Below, piece after piece: positions 33,426 to 42,959 of a stretch of DNA of 64,000 nt. The position numbers were made by a program, and so were the translations under genes. Under the pieces are notes generated by a model. It was not told the DNA's origin. It saw only the letters and a program-made list of their open reading frames with translations, and did no database searches. The DNA is taken from NCBI GenBank assembly GCA_902558445.1, contig CACEDX010000006.1:9389-73388 (forward strand), in the 5' to 3' direction. The DNA comes from an uncultured Pelagibacteraceae bacterium. GTDB taxonomy: Bacteria > Pseudomonadota > Alphaproteobacteria > Pelagibacterales > Pelagibacteraceae. Numbering within the stretch: the first letter of the stretch is position 1; each line of letters starts with the position of its first letter.

Positions 33426-35063
33426 TCATTCTATCAAAAACAGATAATTGTTTTTTTTATATATATTCAAATTTTTATAAGAGCAAATAAAAGGTATATC
33501 CCAACAAAGTCTACCTTGCCACCCATTCTGAGAATTATTTTTGACATCTGGTAGAAAAATTTTTGCGTGCTCGTTGCTATATTGAATATTCTCTAAATAT
33601 TTATTATGTATCTTCTGAATACCAAAATAAATATCATTTTCTTTATAAAGTCTTAAAAAATTTTTTGAAACATTAAATAAAATAAAAATAGAAAAAAAAA
33701 TTATAAAAACTTTTTTTGAAAACTGTTTGAAATAAAAAAAATTTAATAATAACATAAATATAAATGTCACAAATAAATGAATTGCAAATCTATAAACTGG
33801 TGAAAAATTAAGCCAAAATATAAATCCCACAAATAAAAAAATATGCATAAAGATATTCTCTTTAAAGAAAAATCTGTTTTCTCTTTCTTTTAAAAAAAAT
33901 AAGAATAATATTGAAGGTAATAAAACTGTTAAGAAATGTTCTAATATTTCAACAAAATTTCTCTTAAACCAAAAATATATCCAATCAAAATTTTTGAGGT
34001 ATTCCTCTGGAGTATAAATATCTTTAGCTAAATTGTAACTTTTATTAACTAACTCGAGTCCTTGTGATAATTTTAGATAATCCTGATTAAACCAAGAAAC
34101 ATTTAGGCATGTTAAATTCGTAGGGAAAAAAAAACATCCAGAGTAGATAAATTGTTGAACAAAAAAAGTTGTTAATAAAAAATAAACTAAAAAAAATCTA
34201 AAATTAAAAATTGAAAATTTGAGATTCCTAAAATACTTAATATATAAATAAAATGATAATAAAATAATTGGAAACGTGCTCAATTTAATAAGAATAGCAA
34301 ATGTTGAAAAAGCAATTATTAAAAAAAAATAATTTTTTCTTTCTTGAATTATCTCTGTTTCAGAAAATTTAAAGAAATAATAAATTACTAATATTGAAAA
34401 AATAATTGCAGGTAGATCAACTCCAAATTCAGATATTCTTGTAAATTTAAGAAGAAAATAAAATTGTGTGACTACTAAATAATAATCACTCGAAATAAGA
34501 TTTTTTTTTGATAAGACCTGGTTAAATGAAAAAATTATAAAACTTACATATAAAATAAAGCTCGGTAATGTGAGGAAATTAAAATTTTCAGCTTGTAGAA
34601 AAAATATTGAATAAATATTTAACCATAAGGAATTATAGGCATAGGTTGGATTGATATTTGAGTATCCAAATATTATTTTTTCTTCTATCAACCCTAAAGC
34701 ATAAGGAAGATGATAGTAACCAAAGTCTTCGTGGTATTTCTGTGATAAATATATTGGTACTAACAATAAAGTAATAATGAAACAATAAGTAAGTTTTTTT
34801 CTTAACAGGTAGGAAAAATCAAAATTTTTTTTTATCAAGAAAATTAATATTCCAGTAAAAAAAATTAGAAAACTTAAAAGATAGTTTATTTTAAAGAAAA
34901 AATGAATAAAAGTTATTATTAATGAAATTATTATAAAACCTAAAAATAAATTTAGAAAAAAATTTTTTTTTAAATCTAATTTTAAAAGACTACCATAGCC
35001 AGATATTGAAATTGAAATCAAAATTACGCTTATGAAAAATATGAGTATTTGGTTAATAAACAT
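33426..35063 (-). CDS. multi-pass membrane protein, possible GT-C sugar transferase
   Basis: About 13 TM segments, HEDFGYYHLPY loop, LIKLS, SGCFFFP, SPVYRF; directly upstream of a DPM-like GT2. Confidence 0.55.
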   Translation of the reverse strand: MFINQILIFFISVILISISISGYGSLLKLDLKKNFFLNLFLGFIIISLIITFIHFFFKINYLLSFLIFFTGILIFLIKKNFDFSYLLRKKLTYCFIITLLLVPIYLSQKYHEDFGYYHLPYALGLIEEKIIFGYSNINPTYAYNSLWLNIYSIFFLQAENFNFLTLPSFILYVSFIIFSFNQVLSKKNLISSDYYLVVTQFYFLLKFTRISEFGVDLPAIIFSILVIYYFFKFSETEIIQERKNYFFLIIAFSTFAILIKLSTFPIILLSFYLYIKYFRNLKFSIFNFRFFLVYFLLTTFFVQQFIYSGCFFFPTNLTCLNVSWFNQDYLKLSQGLELVNKSYNLAKDIYTPEEYLKNFDWIYFWFKRNFVEILEHFLTVLLPSILFLFFLKERENRFFFKENIFMHIFLFVGFIFWLNFSPVYRFAIHLFVTFIFMLLLNFFYFKQFSKKVFIIFFSIFILFNVSKNFLRLYKENDIYFGIQKIHNKYLENIQYSNEHAKIFLPDVKNNSQNGWQGRLCWDIPFICSYKNLNIYKKNNYLFLIE

Positions 35064-35069
35064 ATTCTG

Positions 35070-36011
35070 TTATTTTTGAGAATTTTTGAAATCCTTTATT
35101 ATTTTATCTAATACTTTTGAAAAATTCATTTTTGATTTCCATCCATATTGATTTGCTAATGAAAGATTTAATTTTTTTCTCATGACACCATCTAGTTTTT
35201 TATCGTGATTAAATTTTATTAAAACTTCGGGGTCAATTTTTTTTTTTATAAAATCTGCATAATCTTTTATTGTCATCTCAGTGTTAGAGCCAATATTTAT
35301 TAGAGCTTTCTTTGTTTTTTTTCTTAAAAAAAATTCACAGGCGTCTGCGACTTCATCAACATATAACAGCTCTCTCAAAGGTTTTCCTGTTCCCCATAAT
35401 TTAACAATTTTGTTTTTTTTGTTTTTTTTGCTTGCTAAATATATCTTTTTAATCAATGCTGGAAGAAAATGTGATTTTTCTAAATCATAATTATCATTCG
35501 GACCAAATAAATTACAAGGCATAAGACAAATATAATTTCTATTATATTGCTTATTAAAAGATTCGATCATTTTGATACCAGCAATCTTTGCTACTGCGTA
35601 ACTTTCATTAGTTTTCTCTAAAACACCTGTCATTATTTGACTTTCTTTGATTGGTTTATTTAAATATTTCGGATAAATACAACTCGAACCAAACAAGATA
35701 AGTTTTTTTACGTTATGTAAATGACTTAAAGAAATTAAATTTGTTTGAATTTGTAAATTATCACTTATAAAATTTGCGGGATATTCAATATTAGCTTTTA
35801 TTCCACCAACTTTTGCAGCGGCAATAATTACTACATCTGGTTTTCTATTTTTAAAAAATTTTTCTACAGCATTTTGATTACGAAGATCGAGTTTTTTTCT
35901 ATTAATTGTTATTATGTTTTTATAACCCTTTTTTTTTAGTTTTCTAAAAATTGACGATCCAAGCATTCCATTGTGACCTGCAATAAATACTTTACTTTTA
36001 ATATTGATCAT
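35070..36011 (-). CDS. fcl: GDP-L-fucose synthase
   Basis: AGHNGMLGS, AAAKVGGI, GSSCIYP, YAVAK, WGTGKPLRE. Confidence 0.94.
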   Translation of the reverse strand: MINIKSKVFIAGHNGMLGSSIFRKLKKKGYKNIITINRKKLDLRNQNAVEKFFKNRKPDVVIIAAAKVGGIKANIEYPANFISDNLQIQTNLISLSHLHNVKKLILFGSSCIYPKYLNKPIKESQIMTGVLEKTNESYAVAKIAGIKMIESFNKQYNRNYICLMPCNLFGPNDNYDLEKSHFLPALIKKIYLASKKNKKNKIVKLWGTGKPLRELLYVDEVADACEFFLRKKTKKALINIGSNTEMTIKDYADFIKKKIDPEVLIKFNHDKKLDGVMRKKLNLSLANQYGWKSKMNFSKVLDKIIKDFKNSQK

Positions 36012-37044
36012 TAATATTTTTTAACTCGTGCTCTATCATTTCATCTATAAGATTATTAATAGATGTTTTTGGTGACCATTTTAATAATTTTTTTGCTTTT
36101 AAGGCGTTCCCTTTCAAATAATCAACTTCTAAAGGTCTAAAATATCTTTTTCTACATTCTATAATAACTTTTTTATTATCCTTGTTGATTGCATGTTCTT
36201 TAATACCTTTACCTTTCCATTTTAAATTAAATTTCATTTTTTTTGCAGCTCTATTTACAAAATCTTTTATAGTAAAAGTTTTTCCAGTGCCTATCACATA
36301 GTCGTCAGGTTTTTTTTGCTGTAACATTTTCCACATTGCTTCCACATAATCTCTTGCATGACCCCAATCTCTCTTAGAATATAAATTGCCTAAAAATAAT
36401 TTTTTTTGGTAACCCTGTTTAATTCTTATTAAACCTTGAATAATTTTCTTTGTAACAAAAGTTTCACCTCTTATTGGGCTCTCGTGATTAAATAAAATCC
36501 CATTACACGCATATATTCCATACGCATCTCTATAATTTTTAGTAATCCAGTGAGCAAAACATTTTGAGACGCCATAAGGGCTAACTGGATGAAAAGGTGT
36601 TTTTTCATTTTGAAATTTAGTCGTTGTTTTACCAAACATTTCAGAAGTGCCCGCTTGATAAAATTTAACTTTTTTTTCTAAATTCAAACTTCTGATAGCC
36701 TCTAAAATTCTTAATGTACCAATGCCATTTACATCAGCACTATATTCTGGAACTTCAAATGAAACTTGCACATGAGATTGTGCTGCGAGGTTATATATTT
36801 CATTTGGAATAATTTTTTTAATTATATTTAATATTGATGAAGCGTCAGTCAAATCTCCATAAAGAAGTACAAAATTTGACTTATAATTTATATCTTTATA
36901 AATGTCATCAACCCTATGTGTATTTATTATTGATGATCTTCTTTTCACACCATACACAACATAATTTTTTTTTAGTAAAAATTTTGATAAGTAAGCACCA
37001 TCTTGTCCTGTGACTCCGAATATTAATGCTTTTTTTTTATTCAT
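35998..37044 (-). CDS. gmd: GDP-mannose 4,6-dehydratase
   Basis: GVTGQDGAYL, YNLAAQSHVQVSF, NHESPIRGETFVT, RDWGHARDY. Confidence 0.97.
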   Translation of the reverse strand: MNKKKALIFGVTGQDGAYLSKFLLKKNYVVYGVKRRSSIINTHRVDDIYKDINYKSNFVLLYGDLTDASSILNIIKKIIPNEIYNLAAQSHVQVSFEVPEYSADVNGIGTLRILEAIRSLNLEKKVKFYQAGTSEMFGKTTTKFQNEKTPFHPVSPYGVSKCFAHWITKNYRDAYGIYACNGILFNHESPIRGETFVTKKIIQGLIRIKQGYQKKLFLGNLYSKRDWGHARDYVEAMWKMLQQKKPDDYVIGTGKTFTIKDFVNRAAKKMKFNLKWKGKGIKEHAINKDNKKVIIECRKRYFRPLEVDYLKGNALKAKKLLKWSPKTSINNLIDEMIEHELKNINDQY

Positions 37045-37112
37045 CTAGATTCTGTTAATCATAAATTAATTCTATTTATATAATACAAACATATTTTTTA
37101 TTCTAGGTTAAG

Positions 37113-37844
37113 TTAATTAATAACTTTAATCTTACTAAAAATTACCATTGGTATTAATCTTAAACTATAAATATATCTCTTTAAAAAGACTATTGGATTA
37201 AATACTAATCTAATAAACCATCCAAGATACAATTGATCAATAAGGGTACTAATTGGAGCTTGATCTTTTGTAAAAAATGATATCGCAGCTCCAGTGCACA
37301 AAATAGTTGTTTTAATTTTAAGATTATTTTTTAGATATAATCCCAAAATTTCTTGCTTACCGCCACCGATATTTGTCAAAATAAAGTCAGGTTTTACTTT
37401 TTTTATCTTTTTTAAAAGCTTCTTATCTGAAAAATTTTTTATTTCATAATTCGGTGCAAGATAGTTGTAAACTTTTTTTACTCCTAATTCTTTTAAAAAA
37501 CTTTTATTTGATTTAGAAAACTTAAAATTTGGATCGATACAAAAAACTGATTTATGTTTATTTCTTTTTAAATAATCAAAAAATAAGTTTAAAAATTTAT
37601 ATCCTGAAAACTTATTTACGTTTATATTCTTAAAAATTTGCAATAATAAAACAAAAAATCCACTATCGAAAAAAACTAAATCTGCTTTTTTGATAGAGTT
37701 ATAATATTCGTTTGAAAGATTAATAGAGGCCAAAGCGGGTCCGGCCGGAAAAACAAATAACCCCTTCTTAACAACAAACTTATTAAAATTTTTTTCATAA
37801 ACATTGTTAAATATAATTTTTTTAAAAATAACTTTATTTATCAT
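37113..37844 (-). CDS. WecB/TagA/CpsF (GT26) family glycosyltransferase
   Basis: FDSG, FSGY, IGGGKQE, CTGAAI, LGWFIRLVFNP..RY. Confidence 0.8.
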   Translation of the reverse strand: MINKVIFKKIIFNNVYEKNFNKFVVKKGLFVFPAGPALASINLSNEYYNSIKKADLVFFDSGFFVLLLQIFKNINVNKFSGYKFLNLFFDYLKRNKHKSVFCIDPNFKFSKSNKSFLKELGVKKVYNYLAPNYEIKNFSDKKLLKKIKKVKPDFILTNIGGGKQEILGLYLKNNLKIKTTILCTGAAISFFTKDQAPISTLIDQLYLGWFIRLVFNPIVFLKRYIYSLRLIPMVIFSKIKVIN

Positions 37845-37869
37845 TCATAAATTTTTATCTAATTGATAT

Positions 37870-38880
37870 TCAAGATTTTGTAAATCTACTTAAATTTGAA
37901 CCACGTTTACTAATTTCGTTATTCATCCATTCATAAGTTCTTTTGAGTCCATCTTTTAATTTTATTTTGAAACTCCAATTTAAAACTTCTTTTATTAAAT
38001 CATTATTGCTAGATCTCCCTCTTACACCCTTTGGCTTATCTAGTTGGTAATTACGTTCTAATTTTTTTATTTGAGAGATATTTTCGATTATATCTATCAT
38101 TTGATTAATTGAAACCTGTTCATCGCTCCCAATATTAACTGGTTCAGAATAATCGGACTCAAATAATCTTAGCGTACCTTCGATGCAATCATCAATATAT
38201 AGAAAACTTCTTGTTTGTTTTCCATCACCCCAAACTTCAATTTTATCTTCGTTATTTTTTTTTGCATTTATAATTTTCCTACACAAAGCTGCTGGAGCTT
38301 TTTCTCTTCCACCATCATATGTTCCGTAGGGACCATATATATTATGATATCGAGCAATTCTAATTTCAATTCCGTAATCTTCCATAAAGTGCCTGCACAT
38401 ACGTTCACTAAATAATTTCTCCCACCCATAACCGTCCTCTGGATCAGCTGGATATGCATCATTCTCTTTTAGTCCTTCTATAAATACATTTTGCTGTTTA
38501 TTCTTATTGTATGCACATGCACTAGAGGAAAAAAAATATCTTTTTATTCCATTTTCCTTACAAGCAATTAACAAATTTGTATTAATAAGTACTGATTGCA
38601 TACATTCAGCTTTGTTATTCTCTATAAAACCCATGCCTCCCATATTGCATGCCATATTAAAAACGTAATCAATATTTTTTGTAACACTTCTACAATTGTT
38701 TATTTCTTTCATGTCCATAGAATAATGATTTTCAACTTTATCATAATCCTGAAACCAATATTCTTTTGGTTTTATATCAGATGCTACTAAATAATTATTC
38801 CCATCCAGTAATTTTTTAATTAGATGGCCACCTATAAACCCTCCAGCACCTACGACTAGTATTTTTTTATTTTTTAACAT
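37870..38880 (-). CDS. GDP-mannose 3',5'-epimerase-like NAD-dependent epimerase
   Basis: GAGGFIG, NMGGMGFI, SSSACAY, YGWEKL, GGREKAPAALCRK, PKGVRGRSSNN. Confidence 0.88.
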   Translation of the reverse strand: MLKNKKILVVGAGGFIGGHLIKKLLDGNNYLVASDIKPKEYWFQDYDKVENHYSMDMKEINNCRSVTKNIDYVFNMACNMGGMGFIENNKAECMQSVLINTNLLIACKENGIKRYFFSSSACAYNKNKQQNVFIEGLKENDAYPADPEDGYGWEKLFSERMCRHFMEDYGIEIRIARYHNIYGPYGTYDGGREKAPAALCRKIINAKKNNEDKIEVWGDGKQTRSFLYIDDCIEGTLRLFESDYSEPVNIGSDEQVSINQMIDIIENISQIKKLERNYQLDKPKGVRGRSSNNDLIKEVLNWSFKIKLKDGLKRTYEWMNNEISKRGSNLSRFTKS

Positions 38881-38883
38881 GAT

Positions 38884-39912
38884 CTATTTTTTAACACTTG
38901 ATTTTAAAAATTGAATTAAAAAAATATAAGTAATCAGATATATAAAAAAAGTTAAAAAAAAATTTAAATTTAAAAAAATAAATAAAAATAAGGGAAAAAT
39001 TGACATTAAAAAGAGAAATATATTTGAGAATAATATTGAAAATTTATTAACTAAAAGGTGATGTATATGCTTTCTGTCACCAATGAAAGGATTTTTTTTA
39101 TTTATGGATCTACTTAACGTTAATCTCAAAAGGTCCAAACCAGGCAATAAAAGTAAGAAAAAAATTTCATCTGCATGAATTATATTTCTTTGAATATTAT
39201 GCTCATAAATTAAAGATATAGATAAAATAATACTCAATAGATAAATACCACCATCACCTAAAAAAAACATATTTTTCGTATTTGGCAACATAACTATAAG
39301 AATTAAAATAATAGAAGTTAAATAAAAAAAATTAAAATTACTCCTGAATAATAAATACGAAAAAAAATAAATAAAAATTAAACAAGATTGTGCATTTATT
39401 CCATCATAAAAATTTAAAGAATTTGTCAAAATGAGAATACAGAAAATTGTAAATGCTATCGATAAATTGTTTAAAAAAATTTTATTTCCATAAAAGGATA
39501 GACTTAAATTTGTTATCAATAAGTTTTTGTTCAAAAAAATTGCAATCAATATAATTAAAATTGAGATAATTAGACGCTTTGATGGATTTAGTTTATATTT
39601 GTCGTCGTATAAACCAAGAAAGAAATAAGCATATATCAATATTAAAAGTGAAAATAATTCTAGGTTATTAAAATTATTTATATCCAAGGATAAGAAATTT
39701 TTTAAGAAAAAAATTTGATAAAAAAATATTATAAAAAAATTTGAAGCTAAAATAAATCCACCAACAATAGGTGTTTTAATTTTATGAAGTTTTAGTTTTC
39801 CGTCTGGTTTGTCAAAAATATTTACAAAATTTGCTATTTTTTTTAAATTAATGAAAAGCAAAAAATTAAAAATTATCAATCCAAAATATAAGTTTATCAT
39901 TTTAAAATGCAA
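38884..39912 (-). CDS. WecA/MraY family undecaprenyl-phosphate sugar-1-phosphate transferase
   Basis: DKPDG..KLH...PIVGG, GLYDD, NSLNFYDGIN, FLGDGG, DRKHIHH. Confidence 0.9.
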   Translation of the reverse strand: MHFKMINLYFGLIIFNFLLFINLKKIANFVNIFDKPDGKLKLHKIKTPIVGGFILASNFFIIFFYQIFFLKNFLSLDINNFNNLELFSLLILIYAYFFLGLYDDKYKLNPSKRLIISILIILIAIFLNKNLLITNLSLSFYGNKIFLNNLSIAFTIFCILILTNSLNFYDGINAQSCLIFIYFFSYLLFRSNFNFFYLTSIILILIVMLPNTKNMFFLGDGGIYLLSIILSISLIYEHNIQRNIIHADEIFFLLLLPGLDLLRLTLSRSINKKNPFIGDRKHIHHLLVNKFSILFSNIFLFLMSIFPLFLFIFLNLNFFLTFFIYLITYIFLIQFLKSSVKK

Positions 39913-41165
39913 TTTTTATACGAATACATATAAAGACCTACATTATAATAAAGAATTATTGAAATCCAATTGTTGAAAAAATTCCCTCCCGGTATAAAGG
40001 GAAAAAGATTAATAATAAGTCCTAATGTAATTATATAAAATGATAAATAATCATTATTAAATTTACTTTTAAAAATTGATTTTAAAAAATTAAATAAAAC
40101 AAATACTGCAGCAATAATGTAAAAAACTAAACCTATTATTCCAAGCTCTAAAATTATTTGAACTAAAATATTATGTGGATGTGTAGAGCAAATCCCTACT
40201 TCAGGAGCATGACTTACTTTTTTACAATATTCTTTAAAACCTTGTGGGCCAATACCAAAAATTTCATTTTCATCAAATAACTCCAATGCCAACAGAATAT
40301 GACCTTCATGATCAGCGGAATAAAAATTAAACTTTTTTTTTTCATTGTTTGCATTTATTTCAATTTTTTTTTTTTTTATTTCGATTTGAGTAATCTGGTT
40401 ATAAGTTTTTATAAATAGTCTATTAAAAGTATTTGCATTCCCTAATTTAAAATAAGTTGTTAAGGAAATAAAAATTATTAAAATCAGAATTGAATATGAT
40501 AAAATTTTTCTTAAATCTTTAATTACTATTATTAACCCAACTATAGTTACGACCCATAAAAAAAATGATGTTCTGCCACCTGATAAATATATTGTAATAA
40601 AATATAATGAAAAAAAAATTATTATTGGAAGAATATTTTTTTTCAAATTAATTCTGAAAAAAAATATAAACCACAAAATTATAGGCATTACTCTTACCAA
40701 ATAACTTCCTAAAATTAGTTCATCATTGAAAAAACTTGAGACTCTATCACCAATAATTTCAAAGCCTAAAATATTAAAACCTGTAAAAAATTGAAAAACA
40801 GAATCTGCCAAAAGCACTGATAAACAAAATATTAACAAAAACAAATACTTTTTATTTTTATAATTATTAAGTAATTCACATAAAAAGAAGATGGCAAGAG
40901 AAAATAATACATACCTAAAATAAAAAATTGATCCTATTTTTAATTCATCAGAATCTCTAAAATATGTGTTTGAAAATATATAAACAGAGAACAAAAATAA
41001 GAAAATTACTTTTTTGTCTATGAATAAAGACTTGTCTTTATTTAAAATTAAAAAAAATATTATACAGGAAAAAACAAAAAATTCTGTAACTGCAATACCT
41101 AGAATGAAAGATAAAGGTAGAATAAAAAGTAATATAGTTAGACTTTGAATATTTAAGTATTTCAT
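39897..41165 (-). CDS. O-antigen ligase (WaaL/Wzy_C) family protein
   Basis: Many TM segments, QFFTG, RVSSFF, SGGRTSF, FGIGPQGF, CSTHPHN..Q..ELGIIG. Confidence 0.85.
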   Translation of the reverse strand: MKYLNIQSLTILLFILPLSFILGIAVTEFFVFSCIIFFLILNKDKSLFIDKKVIFLFLFSVYIFSNTYFRDSDELKIGSIFYFRYVLFSLAIFFLCELLNNYKNKKYLFLLIFCLSVLLADSVFQFFTGFNILGFEIIGDRVSSFFNDELILGSYLVRVMPIILWFIFFFRINLKKNILPIIIFFSLYFITIYLSGGRTSFFLWVVTIVGLIIVIKDLRKILSYSILILIIFISLTTYFKLGNANTFNRLFIKTYNQITQIEIKKKKIEINANNEKKKFNFYSADHEGHILLALELFDENEIFGIGPQGFKEYCKKVSHAPEVGICSTHPHNILVQIILELGIIGLVFYIIAAVFVLFNFLKSIFKSKFNNDYLSFYIITLGLIINLFPFIPGGNFFNNWISIILYYNVGLYMYSYKNCILK

Positions 41166-41225
41166 TGAAAAATAATTTCAATATTTTTAAATTTGCAATT
41201 TAATGAACTAATAATACTCTTTATT

Positions 41226-42140
41226 TTATAAAACATTCTTTTTATAATAATTGATTGTTTTTTTTAGTCCTAAAATAATTTCTATTTTTGGTTTCCAATT
41301 AAGAATTTTTTTTGCTTTGACAATGCTAGGAAAAAGGTTTTTTATTTCATCTTTCCTAAGTTTTATTTTACCAAACTGTGGTTTACCGCAATTTAATAAT
41401 TCACAAATTTTATTTATCACTTTCTTAACTGAAATCGGTTTCCCTTGACCAATATTTATGATTTGTCCAGATGAAAATCTATTTTTTAATGTTTTAATGA
41501 TTGCATCAACAACATCATCAATATATGTAAAATCTCTAAGTTGCAATCCATCAGAACAGTCAAATTTTTTATTTTGAATTGCATTAGTTATTGTAATTGG
41601 AATTAACCTATTTTGATCTTGCGATGGACCATACACTAAATAAAGTCTTAGTATTGTAGCAGGAAAGTTATATTTTTTACAAAGTGTTAATACAAATCTA
41701 GTACTTAAAAGTTTTGCTTTGCCATAAATAGAATAAGTTTTTTGTAAATTTTTTTTATTTTCTCTCTGGGGTGATTTTAGTTTACCATACTCAATACTTG
41801 ATCCTATCTGAATAAATTTTTTGATATTTTTATCAATAAAAAACGTTGATAAATTTTTGCATCCATTAAAATGGCTTTGCATAGTTTTTTTTTTATCCGA
41901 ATGATCAACATACCCTGCCAAATTTACAACATAGTCATAGTTAGAATATAATTTTTTATAAAAATTTTTTTTTTTTGAAATATCAAATATTATATAATTT
42001 ACTTTTGATAATTTTCTTTTTTCAAGGGGAAATTTAGTAGAAACACTATCCACGGACCAATTTAATGATAAACATTTTTTTGCCAAATGATAACCAATAA
42101 AACCAGTACCCCCTACAATTAAAATTTTATTTTTTTTCAA
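41226..42140 (-). CDS. NAD-dependent epimerase/reductase (possible NDP-4-keto sugar reductase)
   Basis: GGTGFIG, GSSIEYG, YGKAK, VYGP, RDFTYIDD; overlaps the rfbF stop. Confidence 0.85.
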   Translation of the reverse strand: MKKNKILIVGGTGFIGYHLAKKCLSLNWSVDSVSTKFPLEKRKLSKVNYIIFDISKKKNFYKKLYSNYDYVVNLAGYVDHSDKKKTMQSHFNGCKNLSTFFIDKNIKKFIQIGSSIEYGKLKSPQRENKKNLQKTYSIYGKAKLLSTRFVLTLCKKYNFPATILRLYLVYGPSQDQNRLIPITITNAIQNKKFDCSDGLQLRDFTYIDDVVDAIIKTLKNRFSSGQIINIGQGKPISVKKVINKICELLNCGKPQFGKIKLRKDEIKNLFPSIVKAKKILNWKPKIEIILGLKKTINYYKKNVL

Positions 42141-42828
42141 TATGTTCTTTATTTCTAATTTTTTTTTCTAAAATTTTTTTATCTCTAAGTGTGTCCATAC
42201 AATGCCAAAAACCTTTATGTTTATATGCAACAAATTGTTCTTTTTTTGTTATATGCTCAAAAGGTTCTCTCTCTAAATATGTTTGATCACTATTTATAAG
42301 TTTTATAAAATCTGGTTTCATCACGAAAAAACCTCCATTAATCCATCCTTCATCTAAATGATTTTTTTCCTTAAAATATTTGACTTTATCTTTTGTAATC
42401 TTAATTGTTCCAAAACGAGCTGGTGGCCTTACAGCTGTTACTGTTACGAGTTTTTTTTTCTTTTTGTGAAATTTGACTAATTTGTCTATATTAACGCTAG
42501 ATATGCCATCTCCATAAGTAAGTAAAAAATCAGAATTCAAATATTTTTTTAATCTTTTTATTCTACCACCTGTCATTGTTTTTCTTCCAGTTTTAATACA
42601 ATTAATTTTAATTCCCTTTTTTAGTTTACATTTTTGAAAATATTCTTGAATTAATTCACCTTTATAACCTAGTGCAATATAAAAATCTTTGTAACCATAA
42701 AAATAGTAATGATCAATTATTCTATGGATAATTGGTTTACCCAAAACTTTAATCATGGGTTTTGGAATAATTTTTGTTAGCTCTGAAAATCTTGTTCCTA
42801 ATCCTCCTGCTAAAATTACAACTTTCAT
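42127..42828 (-). CDS. rfbF: glucose-1-phosphate cytidylyltransferase
   Basis: ILAGGLGTR, PKPM, TMTGGRIKR, TYGDG, PPARFG, WINGGFF, FWHCMDTLRD. Confidence 0.9.
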   Translation of the reverse strand: MKVVILAGGLGTRFSELTKIIPKPMIKVLGKPIIHRIIDHYYFYGYKDFYIALGYKGELIQEYFQKCKLKKGIKINCIKTGRKTMTGGRIKRLKKYLNSDFLLTYGDGISSVNIDKLVKFHKKKKKLVTVTAVRPPARFGTIKITKDKVKYFKEKNHLDEGWINGGFFVMKPDFIKLINSDQTYLEREPFEHITKKEQFVAYKHKGFWHCMDTLRDKKILEKKIRNKEHIEKK

Positions 42829-42959
42829 TTTAAACTTTGGTTTTTAATGATATAAATAAACTAATTAAATAATTACTCATTGCAATATTTGTTTTAATAA
42901 TATTTATAAAATTGATTAATGTTTATAAGTTTTTTGATAAATAGTCATAAAGAATTTTA

